Positions 47,958-56,501 of a stretch of DNA of 64,000 bases are shown here, piece after piece. Numbering within the stretch: the first letter of the stretch is position 1; each line of letters begins with the position of its first letter. The notes below the pieces were generated by a model that saw only the letters and a program-made list of their open reading frames with translations, was not told the DNA's origin and did not search any database. The position numbers and the translations under genes were made by a program. The stretch is from Clostridia bacterium (GTDB taxonomy: Bacteria > Bacillota > Clostridia > TANB77 > CAG-508): the NCBI GenBank assembly GCA_045643465.1, contig JAZUKV010000010.1, forward strand, positions 6,412 through 70,411, in the 5' to 3' direction.

Positions 47958-49079
47958 ATGAATAACTACAAAAGATATTTTTTAACTAGTGAATCTGTTA
48001 CAGAAGGGCATCCTGATAAAGTATGCGATTATATTTCAGATTCAATCCTAGATGCTTGTTTAGAACAAGATAAAAATTCGAGAGTAGCAGTAGAAACATT
48101 CATATCTAATGGACAAGTTTCTATTGCAGGACAAATAACATCAAATGCAAATATTGATATTGAAAAAATTACAAGAGAAAAATTAAAAGAAGTAGGTTAC
48201 GATGATGAAGAAACAAGTATGGATTATAAAACTTGTAAAATTAATGTAAACATTGTTAAGCAAAGCAATGATATTGCAGTTGGAGTTGATGAAGGTGGAG
48301 CTGGAGATCAAGGAATAATGTTTGGTTATGCCTGTGATGAAACAGAAAGCCTAATGCCATATGCAATAGATGTTGCTCACAAATTGGCTCATAGATTAGC
48401 TGAAGTAAGAAAAGAAGGAATAATTCCATATTTGAAATCAGATGGAAAAGTTCAAGTTACTGCAGAGTATTTGAATAACTATCCATTTAGAATAGATACA
48501 ATATTGATTTCAACTCAACACGATGCAAATGCAGATATAGATGAGCTTGAAAATGATATAATAGAAAAAGTAATCAAACCAGTTGTTGAGCCTGATATGA
48601 TAGATATTGATACAAAATTTGTTATTAATCCAACAGGAAAATTTGTTATAGGAGGAGCTGTAGCAGATACTGGATTAACAGGAAGAAAAATTATTGTAGA
48701 TACTTATGGAGGATATGCTCATCACGGAGGTGGAGCTTTTTCAGGAAAAGATGGAACAAAAGTTGATAGATCGGCTTCGTATATGGCGAGATATGTTGCT
48801 AAAAATATTGTGGCAAATGGTTATGCGGATAGGTGCGAAGTTCAAATTTCGTATGCGATTGGTGTTGCGGAGCCTGTGTCGGTTACTGTAAATACATTTG
48901 GGACTGGAAAAGTTTCGGATGAGGAAATAATTATGATAATAGAAAGAAATTTTGATTTGACACCAAGAGGGATAATTAATTCGTTGGATTTGGAGAGACC
49001 TATTTATAAATTGACGAGTAATTATGGGCATTTTGGAAAAGAAGGGTTGATGTGGGAGAGAGTTGTTGAATTGAGATGA
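47958..49079 (+). CDS. metK: S-adenosylmethionine synthetase (the last 103 codons, counting the stop, have a different codon usage)
   Basis: [49 protein letters not shown]. Confidence 0.96.
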   Translation: MNNYKRYFLTSESVTEGHPDKVCDYISDSILDACLEQDKNSRVAVETFISNGQVSIAGQITSNANIDIEKITREKLKEVGYDDEETSMDYKTCKINVNIVKQSNDIAVGVDEGGAGDQGIMFGYACDETESLMPYAIDVAHKLAHRLAEVRKEGIIPYLKSDGKVQVTAEYLNNYPFRIDTILISTQHDANADIDELENDIIEKVIKPVVEPDMIDIDTKFVINPTGKFVIGGAVADTGLTGRKIIVDTYGGYAHHGGGAFSGKDGTKVDRSASYMARYVAKNIVANGYADRCEVQISYAIGVAEPVSVTVNTFGTGKVSDEEIIMIIERNFDLTPRGIINSLDLERPIYKLTSNYGHFGKEGLMWERVVELR

Positions 49080-49178
49080 GATAAATACGGATTATATTGG
49101 TATTACTCTATTATTTTTGGGGTAGCACCGAGAGAAAAAATTATATTGTAATTTTTTTAATCTTCTTTTATAATATAA

Positions 49179-49201
49179 TTATTAAAACATATAGTTAGTC
49201 T
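49179..49201 (+). repeat. Left inverted repeat (TTATTAAAA-CATATAGTTAGTCT), resembles the outer end of the IS110-type element
   Basis: The 14-mer at 49188-49201 is the exact reverse complement of 49927-49940. The preceding 9-mer matches 49953-49961 across a 12-nt indel. Confidence 0.8.
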
Positions 49202-49203
49202 CA

Positions 49204-49239
49204 TATAATGATTACATGTTCATTATACGAGTAATTTGA
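49204..49239 (+). repeat. 36-bp palindromic direct repeat, copy A
   Basis: TATAATGATTACATGTTCATTATACGAGTAATTTGA, 33/36 identical to 51453-51488. Confidence 0.85.
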
Positions 49240-49253
49240 TAAATGGAGGAAAT

Positions 49254-49889
49254 ATGAAAAAATTAGAGAATCGATTACTGGTGGCTATTTTTTTGGGAAT
49301 GGCTACTGGTACATTATGTGCATTATTGGATTTAATCCCGGGAAATAATATTGTGACAGTTAGTTCCTTTTCCGGAACGCTTGGATTCTGGGCAATTTCA
49401 GGAATGGTTGTTGTTATGCTTTATGATAGGGCATGGAAATCTGCTATTGGAACGTTTCTGTACTTCGCATTTATGAACGCTTCTTTTTTCTTTGTACATC
49501 TTCTTATTTCGCCTTTGTTTCAGTTTCCAAGAATTAGCGAGTTGTCAGATGCATTGGTACAGTCTGCGATATGGTTGATCCCATCTGCAATTTGTGGATT
49601 ATGTGCGCTGATAGCACATTTAGCTAAAAGAGACAATATGGTAGGTGTAATCGCATTATCGTTGCCAATAGGACTATTAATCTATGAATTTATATCATTA
49701 CTGTTGTCGGTAATTATTAATCATAGGTATTTATTTCAGACAATTATTGATGCGCTTGGAATATTCCTATTGTGTAAAATGTATGTATGTAAGAAAAACA
49801 AAATTGGACTTGCATTAGCAAGCTGTATCGTTGCGGGAATGTTGTTAGGATTTAATTTTGTCTTGAACGGAACAGTTCTTCAGTATTAA
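49254..49889 (+). CDS. Hypothetical polytopic membrane protein (211 aa), GC-richer than its surroundings
   Basis: GGAGG RBS before the ATG at 49254. About six hydrophobic helices. By eye noticeably higher GC than neighbouring genes. Confidence 0.6.
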   Translation: MKKLENRLLVAIFLGMATGTLCALLDLIPGNNIVTVSSFSGTLGFWAISGMVVVMLYDRAWKSAIGTFLYFAFMNASFFFVHLLISPLFQFPRISELSDALVQSAIWLIPSAICGLCALIAHLAKRDNMVGVIALSLPIGLLIYEFISLLLSVIINHRYLFQTIIDALGIFLLCKMYVCKKNKIGLALASCIVAGMLLGFNFVLNGTVLQY

Positions 49890-49926
49890 TAATATTTATT
49901 ATTAGTCCAATTATTATATTTTTAAT

Positions 49927-49961
49927 AGACTAACTATATGAATGTCAATAGTTTTTAATAA
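49927..49961 (-). repeat. Right inverted repeat, including an outward-facing TTGACA
   Basis: Minus strand reads TTATTAAAA-ACTATTGACATT-CATATAGTTAGTCT. Confidence 0.8.
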
Positions 49962-50002
49962 AAAATAAATTCAATTTTCAAAGTTTTTAGCGCACGACAA
50001 AT

Positions 50003-50022
50003 AAGCATTCGAAAGAATGCTT
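50003..50022. terminator. Hairpin downstream of the transposase gene
   Basis: AAGCATTC-GAAA-GAATGCTT. Confidence 0.6.
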
Positions 50023-50046
50023 TTTAAAATTATTTAGTTAATAAAT

Positions 50047-51225
50047 TTAAGCTGTTTTGTCAGCTTGATATACAGTATTATTTTTTAATAAATAATATAT
50101 AACACGTACTAATTTCTTAGCAACATGACCCATTACAACCATAAAATGTTTTCCTTCTGCTAGTTTCTTTTCTTTGAAGCTATTAAAGGTTGGGTTCGTC
50201 ATACATATAATTCTTGCTGCTTGAATTAAAGCATATCGAAGGTATTTTGAGCCTCTTTTAACCATTACCGAATGTGTTGAAAGAAACTTTCCAGATTGGT
50301 ATGTAGATGGGTCTAATCCGACAAAAGTTAATAATTTTGCTGGTGAATCAAACCTCGAAATATCGCTAATTTTAGCTAAAATCATTTAACCTAGGTTGTA
50401 TGAAATACCGGGAATTGTTAGAATTGGAGAATCTATTTCAATCATTATTTCTTTAATTCTTTTTTCAATTTCTTCAATTTGAGATTGAAAAAAGTAAATT
50501 GTATTAATGGTTTGTTTTAGTTCAAATGCAAAAGATTCACTGGAAGAACCAATAGACTTTCTCGCTAACTCACGAATTTCAATAGCTTTTTCTCGATTAT
50601 ATTTACCATTTGAATTATTATATAAAAGATGAGTTAAGTGGGTAAGGTTACATTCACCAATTTTCTTTGCACTTGGTAGTTCATAAAGTAAAGCTAAACT
50701 AGACTTTTGAGATATTGATGCAACAACTTGTGGAAGCTCTGGAAAAACAATTGTTACCAATCTTGAAAGTGAAGTTTTAAATTTAGAGTTTTCTTTAACT
50801 AAACGAAATTTGTGTCTAGTTAGTGACTTTAATTCATAAATGTGATATGATACTGGTATGTAGGGTTGTAGGTTATCTGTGATTAGCATTGTTGTAATTA
50901 AACGAGCATCTAGCTTATCTGTTTTAGTCTTACGAAGGGTCTGTCCTTTACGATAAAGACTGGCCTGTAATGGATTTATGAGATAAATATGGAAACCTTT
51001 ATCTGTCAGAAAGTTTAGAATATTATTACTATAGTGTCCACTGGCTTCCAATCCTACTTTAAAATTTTCTAAAGAATTAGAAAAAATAATCAAAGAATTG
51101 TAGAGGGTTTCAAAACCAATAATATCATTTGATATTGTGAGTTTTTCAATGAGTATTTCACCATCAGAATTCATGACGAAACAATCGTGTTTATCTTTTG
51201 CAATGTCAATTCCAACATAAATCAT
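50047..51225 (-). pseudogene. IS110-family (DEDD, Piv-related) transposase/recombinase interrupted by an in-frame TAA at 50386-50388
   Basis: N-terminal MIYVGIDIAKDKHDCFV (DEDD_Tnp_IS110). C-terminal ...IPGISYNLG-stop-MILAKISDISRFDSPAKLLTFVGLDPSTYQSG (Transposase_20). Both parts are in the same frame. Confidence 0.85.
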
Positions 51226-51452
51226 AAAAAGACTCCTTTACTAATTTTTCTGAGACAATGTGATACACGAAATGTTTATTAAATGTAGACTCGTTCAATT
51301 TTAAACGTCAAGCGTTATCTAACTAATTAACAATTAAATAAACATCTGTGGCTAGAGTCTATTAATAAAATCGTCAAAGCGATAGTAATTTGCACTAGTC
51401 TACAGTGTTTGCATAATACATTATGCTATGGATTAAAGAATAAAAAAATACG
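51226..51452 (-). ncRNA. Candidate IS110 bridge-RNA / structured 5' non-coding end
   Basis: Position upstream of the transposase as in IS110-group elements. Hairpin GCATAAT-NN-ATTATGC (51411-51426), twin hairpins AACG-TCAAG-CGTT (51304-51316) and ATCG-TCAAAG-CGAT (51370-51383), long-range complement GTAGACT (51285-91) / AGTCTAC (51397-403). No covariance model was run. Confidence 0.3.
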
Positions 51453-51488
51453 TATAATGATTATACGTTCATTATACGAGTAAGTTGA
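51453..51488 (+). repeat. 36-bp palindromic direct repeat, copy B
   Basis: TATAATGATTATACGTTCATTATACGAGTAAGTTGA. Internal arms TATAATGA / TCATTATA. Confidence 0.85.
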
Positions 51489-51515
51489 AATAAAAATTTG
51501 AAGGGATAGAGAATT

Positions 51516-51692
51516 ATGGAAGAAAAAGAGTATAGAAAACTAATTGACAGGTTAATAGAAAAAGAAAAAAATGGAGAGCCTCTATCCATCAGAGAAGCTG
51601 CTACATTGAGTGCATACAAAGTAAGTCAAAAGCCAAAATATGATTTCAGTGGAGTTAAAGTTATAAAATGTGATGATAGAGATGAAAGATAG
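51516..51692 (+). CDS. Hypothetical small protein (58 aa)
   Basis: ATG preceded by a weak AAGGGA RBS. MEEKEYRKLIDRLIEKEKNGEPLSIREAATLSAYKVSQKPKYDFSGVKVIKCDDRDER-stop. Hairpin terminator at 51737-51780. Confidence 0.45.
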   Translation: MEEKEYRKLIDRLIEKEKNGEPLSIREAATLSAYKVSQKPKYDFSGVKVIKCDDRDER

Positions 51693-52131
51693 CAATATAT
51701 TTATATTTTAATATTTTATGATATGAATATACAAAAAATCTCCTAAATAGAAAGACTATTTAAGGAGATTTTTACTTTTTTTATTGCGAAGTTTTTGTTT
51801 TTTATATAATACGGTTATTAAATAATATAGTGATATCTGAATAATAATTGAGAATTAGGAGGAGTTTTTTTGAATAATGTGAAAAATATTTCAATCAGTA
51901 GATGAAGGTGATTGTGGCACTTTGTATGTAAAGGATGATTATTTCGTAGATTTTAAAAGAAATTAATAAGTTTAATTACAATAAATTTTAAGGTTTAATT
52001 CATAAAAGTGTGAAATAAAGCTGATCTTTGTAAATTCTAAATAAAATTTTTTTAGTATTTACAAAAAGAAAATTTATTGATAATATTTTTAATGATAAAT
52101 AAATTATAATTAATGGATAAGGGGAAAACAT

Positions 52132-54729
52132 ATGATAAAAGTAATAAGAAATGTAATAATATTAATGTTAGTTGCGATATTAATATTTCCACAAGGAATA
52201 GTATTTGCGAAGAATGAAACATATACAATAACATTCAAATCTGTATTATCAGAATTTGCAGATGGTTCAACAGAAAATGTTGTAACTTATGATGGTAGTC
52301 ATGCAGTTACAAGTGGTACATATGAAGAGCCTACTTTTTATGCAAGTGGTGTTGAAGGAGAAAAAACACCAACATTTTTAGGATGGTATTTGGACCAGGA
52401 AGGAAGATTTAAAGCTGATTTATCAAAAATAACAGAAGATACAACTCTTTATGCTGTATTTGATAGAATTCCATATGGATTTGCATATAATGGAACAGAT
52501 GGAACAGATGGAAGTGTTCAAATATATACAATTCCTAATAGTTATGGATGGCAATTAGAAACTTGGGGGGCACAAGGAGGATATTTTACTGGGGAATATG
52601 CAAACAAGCCAGGATATGGTGGATATTCAACTGGATATATTAACAATAGCGAAAATAAAACAATATATATAACTGTTGGTGGCGCAGGAAACACTACTGA
52701 TTCTTCTGGTGCTACAATAAGCGGAGGATATAATGGCGGAGGGTCTGCCACAAATACAACTAAAACTAGTGGAATTTGGAATGCAACTGGATTTGGAGTT
52801 GGTTCTGGTGGAGGAGCTACTTCAATTCAAGATGTATTAATAGAGAATGGAGAATTAAAAAATTATGTTAATAATCTAGACAATGTTTTAATAGTTGCAG
52901 GTGGATCTGGAGGTGCATCAAAATTAAGTTCAGTTACATATAATTATGCTAGCGATCGTTTCGCAGGATCTGGAGGAGGATTTATTGGAGGTTATGGATT
53001 TGGAGATACAATACATGGAGGAGCTAATTTTGGTGTAGAATCAGCAATAGGAGGAACTCAAACGGGTCCAGGATATTATGCATTACCTGAATATGCTGGA
53101 TATGCTGTTGATAATGGTGGATTCGGCTATGGTGCTTATCCAGTTGATACTTGGGGAAGTGGTGCAGGCTCAGGATTATATGGAGGAGCTTTTTCTAGAC
53201 AAAGTCAAGTTCTAGGTAGTGTAGGCGCAGGTGGTTCAGGATATATTGGTAATTCAAATCTTTACGAGAAAAACATGTATATATATACTGCAAATACAGA
53301 TGATTTTGCCGATTATCAATCTAAGTATTATCAAAAAGGCATTAAACCATTTGAAAGCAGTGATAAGAATACATTAACTTTAAGTTCTACTCAATCTAAT
53401 TTAATAGCAACAGCAAATGTACCAAAATCAGGTAATGGATATGCTAAAGTTTCATTAAATCATATAAACGTAACTTTTATGGATACAATCGATAACATAG
53501 AATATAAATATGAAGGATACTCAGGATTGACATTTGAAAAACCATTCGAAACTAAAAGCGGTTATACAATTGAATGGAAAGATAAAAATGGAAATACATA
53601 TGATCCAACGCAACCATTATATATTGATACAGTGATTACATTGGAAGCTACTCCAATCGAATATACAATTGATTATAATGTTAGTGATAATGCTATTGTT
53701 AATGGAACAAATCCAACAACATATACAATAGAATCAGAAACATTTACACTAACAAATCCAACACCAAATGAAGGATATAAATTTGATGGTTGGAAAGATC
53801 AAGATGGAAATATATCAGAAACAGTTACAATAGAAAAAGGAAGTTATGGAAATAAAACATATACAGCAATGATAAATCCAATTGAATATTCAATAACATA
53901 TAACAATATAGATGAAAATACGACAAATAACAATCCAACAACATATACAATAGAAAGTGAAGATATTACATTATCAGAACCAGAAAAGAAATTTTATGAT
54001 TTTATTGGTTGGACAAATGATGAGATAATTGAGCCAACAACAGTTGTAACAATAGAATCAGGTTCAACAGGAAATAAAGAATATACTGCAAATTTTGAAA
54101 CAATTCCATATACAATAACATATGTTTTAGTTACAGGAATAACAGAAGACCCATTAGTAGAAGATTATAATACAGAAACAGAAGATTTTGTTGTACCAAA
54201 TTTAACATCAACAGAGCCAGGATATGAATTTATAGGATGGACTAGTGAGGAAATTGCAAAGCTAAGCGAGCCAACAAAGAATGTTGTGATAGCTAAAGGT
54301 AGCGGAGGAGATGCTACTTTAACTGCAAACTTCAAACCAATAGATTATACAATTACATTAGAGCTAAATGGTGGAAAAGTAACAGGAAATAATCCAATAA
54401 TATATAATGTTGAAACAGATGATTTTATTATTCCAAATGCAATTAAAGAGGGATATATTTTTGAAGGTTGGACAAGTAGTGATATAAAAGAATTAAGTAC
54501 ACCTACAAAAGATGTACCAATAGCTAAAGGAAGTTTTGGAAATATGACTTTAATAGCTAATTATACGAAGGAAAACGGAATAGAACAAGAGAAAAATCAA
54601 ACTATAAATAGTCCAAAAACAGGAGATAATATTACAAAATATTGTATTTCATTAATAATTTCAATAATTGTTTTGGAACTTATAAAAAAATGTAATTTAA
54701 GAAAAAATAGAAGTTATTCAAAAAGATAA
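52132..54729 (+). CDS. Large SPKTG-anchored surface protein: glycine-rich domain plus five Listeria-Bacteroides (InlB B-repeat/Flg_new) repeats
   Basis: Signal peptide. Gly-rich block ETWGAQGGY...GYGGYSTGY...ITVGGAGN...GGYNGGGS...VAGGSGGAS. Repeats of the form YTI.Y......NP..Y..E...F.L..P...GY.F.GW. C-terminal SPKTGD, TM helix and RKNRSYSKR. Confidence 0.85.
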   Translation: MIKVIRNVIILMLVAILIFPQGIVFAKNETYTITFKSVLSEFADGSTENVVTYDGSHAVTSGTYEEPTFYASGVEGEKTPTFLGWYLDQEGRFKADLSKITEDTTLYAVFDRIPYGFAYNGTDGTDGSVQIYTIPNSYGWQLETWGAQGGYFTGEYANKPGYGGYSTGYINNSENKTIYITVGGAGNTTDSSGATISGGYNGGGSATNTTKTSGIWNATGFGVGSGGGATSIQDVLIENGELKNYVNNLDNVLIVAGGSGGASKLSSVTYNYASDRFAGSGGGFIGGYGFGDTIHGGANFGVESAIGGTQTGPGYYALPEYAGYAVDNGGFGYGAYPVDTWGSGAGSGLYGGAFSRQSQVLGSVGAGGSGYIGNSNLYEKNMYIYTANTDDFADYQSKYYQKGIKPFESSDKNTLTLSSTQSNLIATANVPKSGNGYAKVSLNHINVTFMDTIDNIEYKYEGYSGLTFEKPFETKSGYTIEWKDKNGNTYDPTQPLYIDTVITLEATPIEYTIDYNVSDNAIVNGTNPTTYTIESETFTLTNPTPNEGYKFDGWKDQDGNISETVTIEKGSYGNKTYTAMINPIEYSITYNNIDENTTNNNPTTYTIESEDITLSEPEKKFYDFIGWTNDEIIEPTTVVTIESGSTGNKEYTANFETIPYTITYVLVTGITEDPLVEDYNTETEDFVVPNLTSTEPGYEFIGWTSEEIAKLSEPTKNVVIAKGSGGDATLTANFKPIDYTITLELNGGKVTGNNPIIYNVETDDFIIPNAIKEGYIFEGWTSSDIKELSTPTKDVPIAKGSFGNMTLIANYTKENGIEQEKNQTINSPKTGDNITKYCISLIISIIVLELIKKCNLRKNRSYSKR

Positions 54730-54738
54730 GAAAATAGA

Positions 54739-54770
54739 AGAGCAATTTCAAAGTTGAGATTGCTCTTTTT
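54739..54770. terminator. Bidirectional hairpin between convergent genes
   Basis: AGAGCAAT...ATTGCTCT plus T-run. Confidence 0.7.
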
Positions 54771-54782
54771 AGTTATAAAGTA

Positions 54783-55223
54783 TTATTTAATTGTATAATC
54801 CTTTGATTCAAGTAGTGTTTTTAAAGATTGTTTGGTATAATCTGTATTGCTTCCGATTATTTTCTTAAAGTTTTCAAATGCAGTAGAAGTAATTGTAATC
54901 GTTATTTTTTTATCATTTTGAGATACATCAAAACCGTTTACTTTAGAAGAGCTAAATTGTTTATAAAAAGTAGTTGCAGTATCAGTATTGTCAAATGTTA
55001 AAGTCCATATAATTTTATTAGCAGTTTTATGCTTGAAAGAAATTTTCATTGTTTCATTATAACTTATATTAGAAGATATAGATTGTTTAGTAGCTATAAG
55101 ATATGAGCTTTTATTTTTAAAAAATATGATAGCTAGTATAGTTAAAGTAATAATAAAAATTGTAATAAAAATTCTTTTATAATTAGGTTTAAAATGTTGA
55201 TTTTTAGTTTGTTGTCTTCTCAA
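54783..55223 (-). CDS. Hypothetical membrane-anchored protein (TTG start at 55223 preferred over 55238)
   Basis: The GGGAGG at 55231-55236 (rc) fits as an RBS for the TTG 7 nt downstream. N-terminal TM helix. Confidence 0.5.
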   Translation of the reverse strand: MRRQQTKNQHFKPNYKRIFITIFIITLTILAIIFFKNKSSYLIATKQSISSNISYNETMKISFKHKTANKIIWTLTFDNTDTATTFYKQFSSSKVNGFDVSQNDKKITITITSTAFENFKKIIGSNTDYTKQSLKTLLESKDYTIK

Positions 55224-55386
55224 TGTATTACCTCCCAAGTTTTAATATTTAAATTATATAATTAAAAAATATATAATTCAAGAAAAAAGTGAATGTGCTG
55301 AACTTGCAACTTTTTTTATATTTATATTGAAAATATAAATATCTTATGATTAAATAGATATAGCGAAATACTTAGGAGGAGAAAAA

Positions 55387-56472
55387 GTGGGAGAATTAAC
55401 AAGAGATAATGCTGAGAAAATAGAAATTAATAAAAACAAAATAGAAGATTTTGTTTTAGAGCTTATTCAATGCAGAGAGAATGGAATGTCAGTATGTGCG
55501 GATTTTGCTGGAAAAACATTTTTTTCTTGTGATGTTTCTTTAGATAGTGCTTTTTTAGAGATAACAGGCTATACATATCAACAATATAAAGACTATGAAA
55601 ATGAGAACATGAAAGAATTTGAAAAAAATTTGCAAGATCATAACATTGTTGGAAAACATGAAGAGCAAGATATTCAAGAAGTATGTGAAGAAGAAAAAGA
55701 AGAGCTTAAAGAAAATATTGTAGATAATAAAGAAGAAATAATAGAAAACGAAGAGATAGAGCAATTAGAAGAAGATTGCCAAGAAGTTGTTACAAGTGAA
55801 GAGATTTTTGAAGATGAAGCAAATGAAGAAGATGCTGAAATAGTTATTGAGAATAATGATGAAGTAGTTGAAGAGAATCAAGTGCTAGAATTTGGCGAAG
55901 AAAGTCAGCAAAATAAAAAGAAGAAAGAATGTGAAGATATAAATTTCTTAATTCAAAAATGGATTAAAGAAGGCCAAAGGTATACATATCCTCAAAGAGC
56001 TGAAGAATGGGAAAATTGTGTAAAACAAAGAGCAAGAGATATATATGCAGGTGCAGATATAAAATGTGCATTAAGTTTAATGGAAATGATAGAGCAAGGG
56101 AAATCATTAGAATTTGTAAGATTAAAATTGGCTGAACAAAATTATTCTCCATATGTTCATAGTATGATAGAGATAATGATTTTGAGATTCTCAAAAAATG
56201 GCCCAGAATATGTAGAATATATTGAGACAAAAAATGGAAAAATTTCTGGTGAAAACAAACAGGCTATTCAAAAAGTAAAAAAGGAAAATGAAGTTTTTGC
56301 GCAGGAATTACAAAAAAATTATGCAAAAAGGGCAGAAGATATTGATAATATTTTGAAAAAACAAAATGAGAAAATAACTTTATTAGAGCTAATAAGCAGA
56401 ATAGAAGGAACTCTTGCTAAGTTACACCAACAAGAAGCTGACAAAATTAAAAAGGTAAATGAGAATAATTAA
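55387..56472 (+). CDS. Hypothetical protein with a central poly-acidic region (361 aa, GTG start)
   Basis: AGGAGG RBS. No family recognised. Confidence 0.55.
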   Translation: MGELTRDNAEKIEINKNKIEDFVLELIQCRENGMSVCADFAGKTFFSCDVSLDSAFLEITGYTYQQYKDYENENMKEFEKNLQDHNIVGKHEEQDIQEVCEEEKEELKENIVDNKEEIIENEEIEQLEEDCQEVVTSEEIFEDEANEEDAEIVIENNDEVVEENQVLEFGEESQQNKKKKECEDINFLIQKWIKEGQRYTYPQRAEEWENCVKQRARDIYAGADIKCALSLMEMIEQGKSLEFVRLKLAEQNYSPYVHSMIEIMILRFSKNGPEYVEYIETKNGKISGENKQAIQKVKKENEVFAQELQKNYAKRAEDIDNILKKQNEKITLLELISRIEGTLAKLHQQEADKIKKVNENN

Positions 56473-56501
56473 AATACAAAAGTGGAAAAGAGAGGTATTC
56501 G

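Larger units (their letters stand above)
49927..51452 (-). mobile_element. IS110-family element (approximate limits, about 1.5 kb)
   Basis: DEDD transposase gene with a 227-nt structured upstream non-coding end and a short downstream end. The limits are inferred from the flanking repeats only. Confidence 0.5.

Noticed and set aside
51860-51975. Short overlapping reading frames after an AGGAGG (MNNVKNISISR-stop, then VDEGDCGTLYVKDDYFVDFKRN-stop in another frame), a possible frameshifted mini-gene.
   Set aside because: Too short and without any recognisable homology. It could be a relic, but that cannot be supported from sequence alone.
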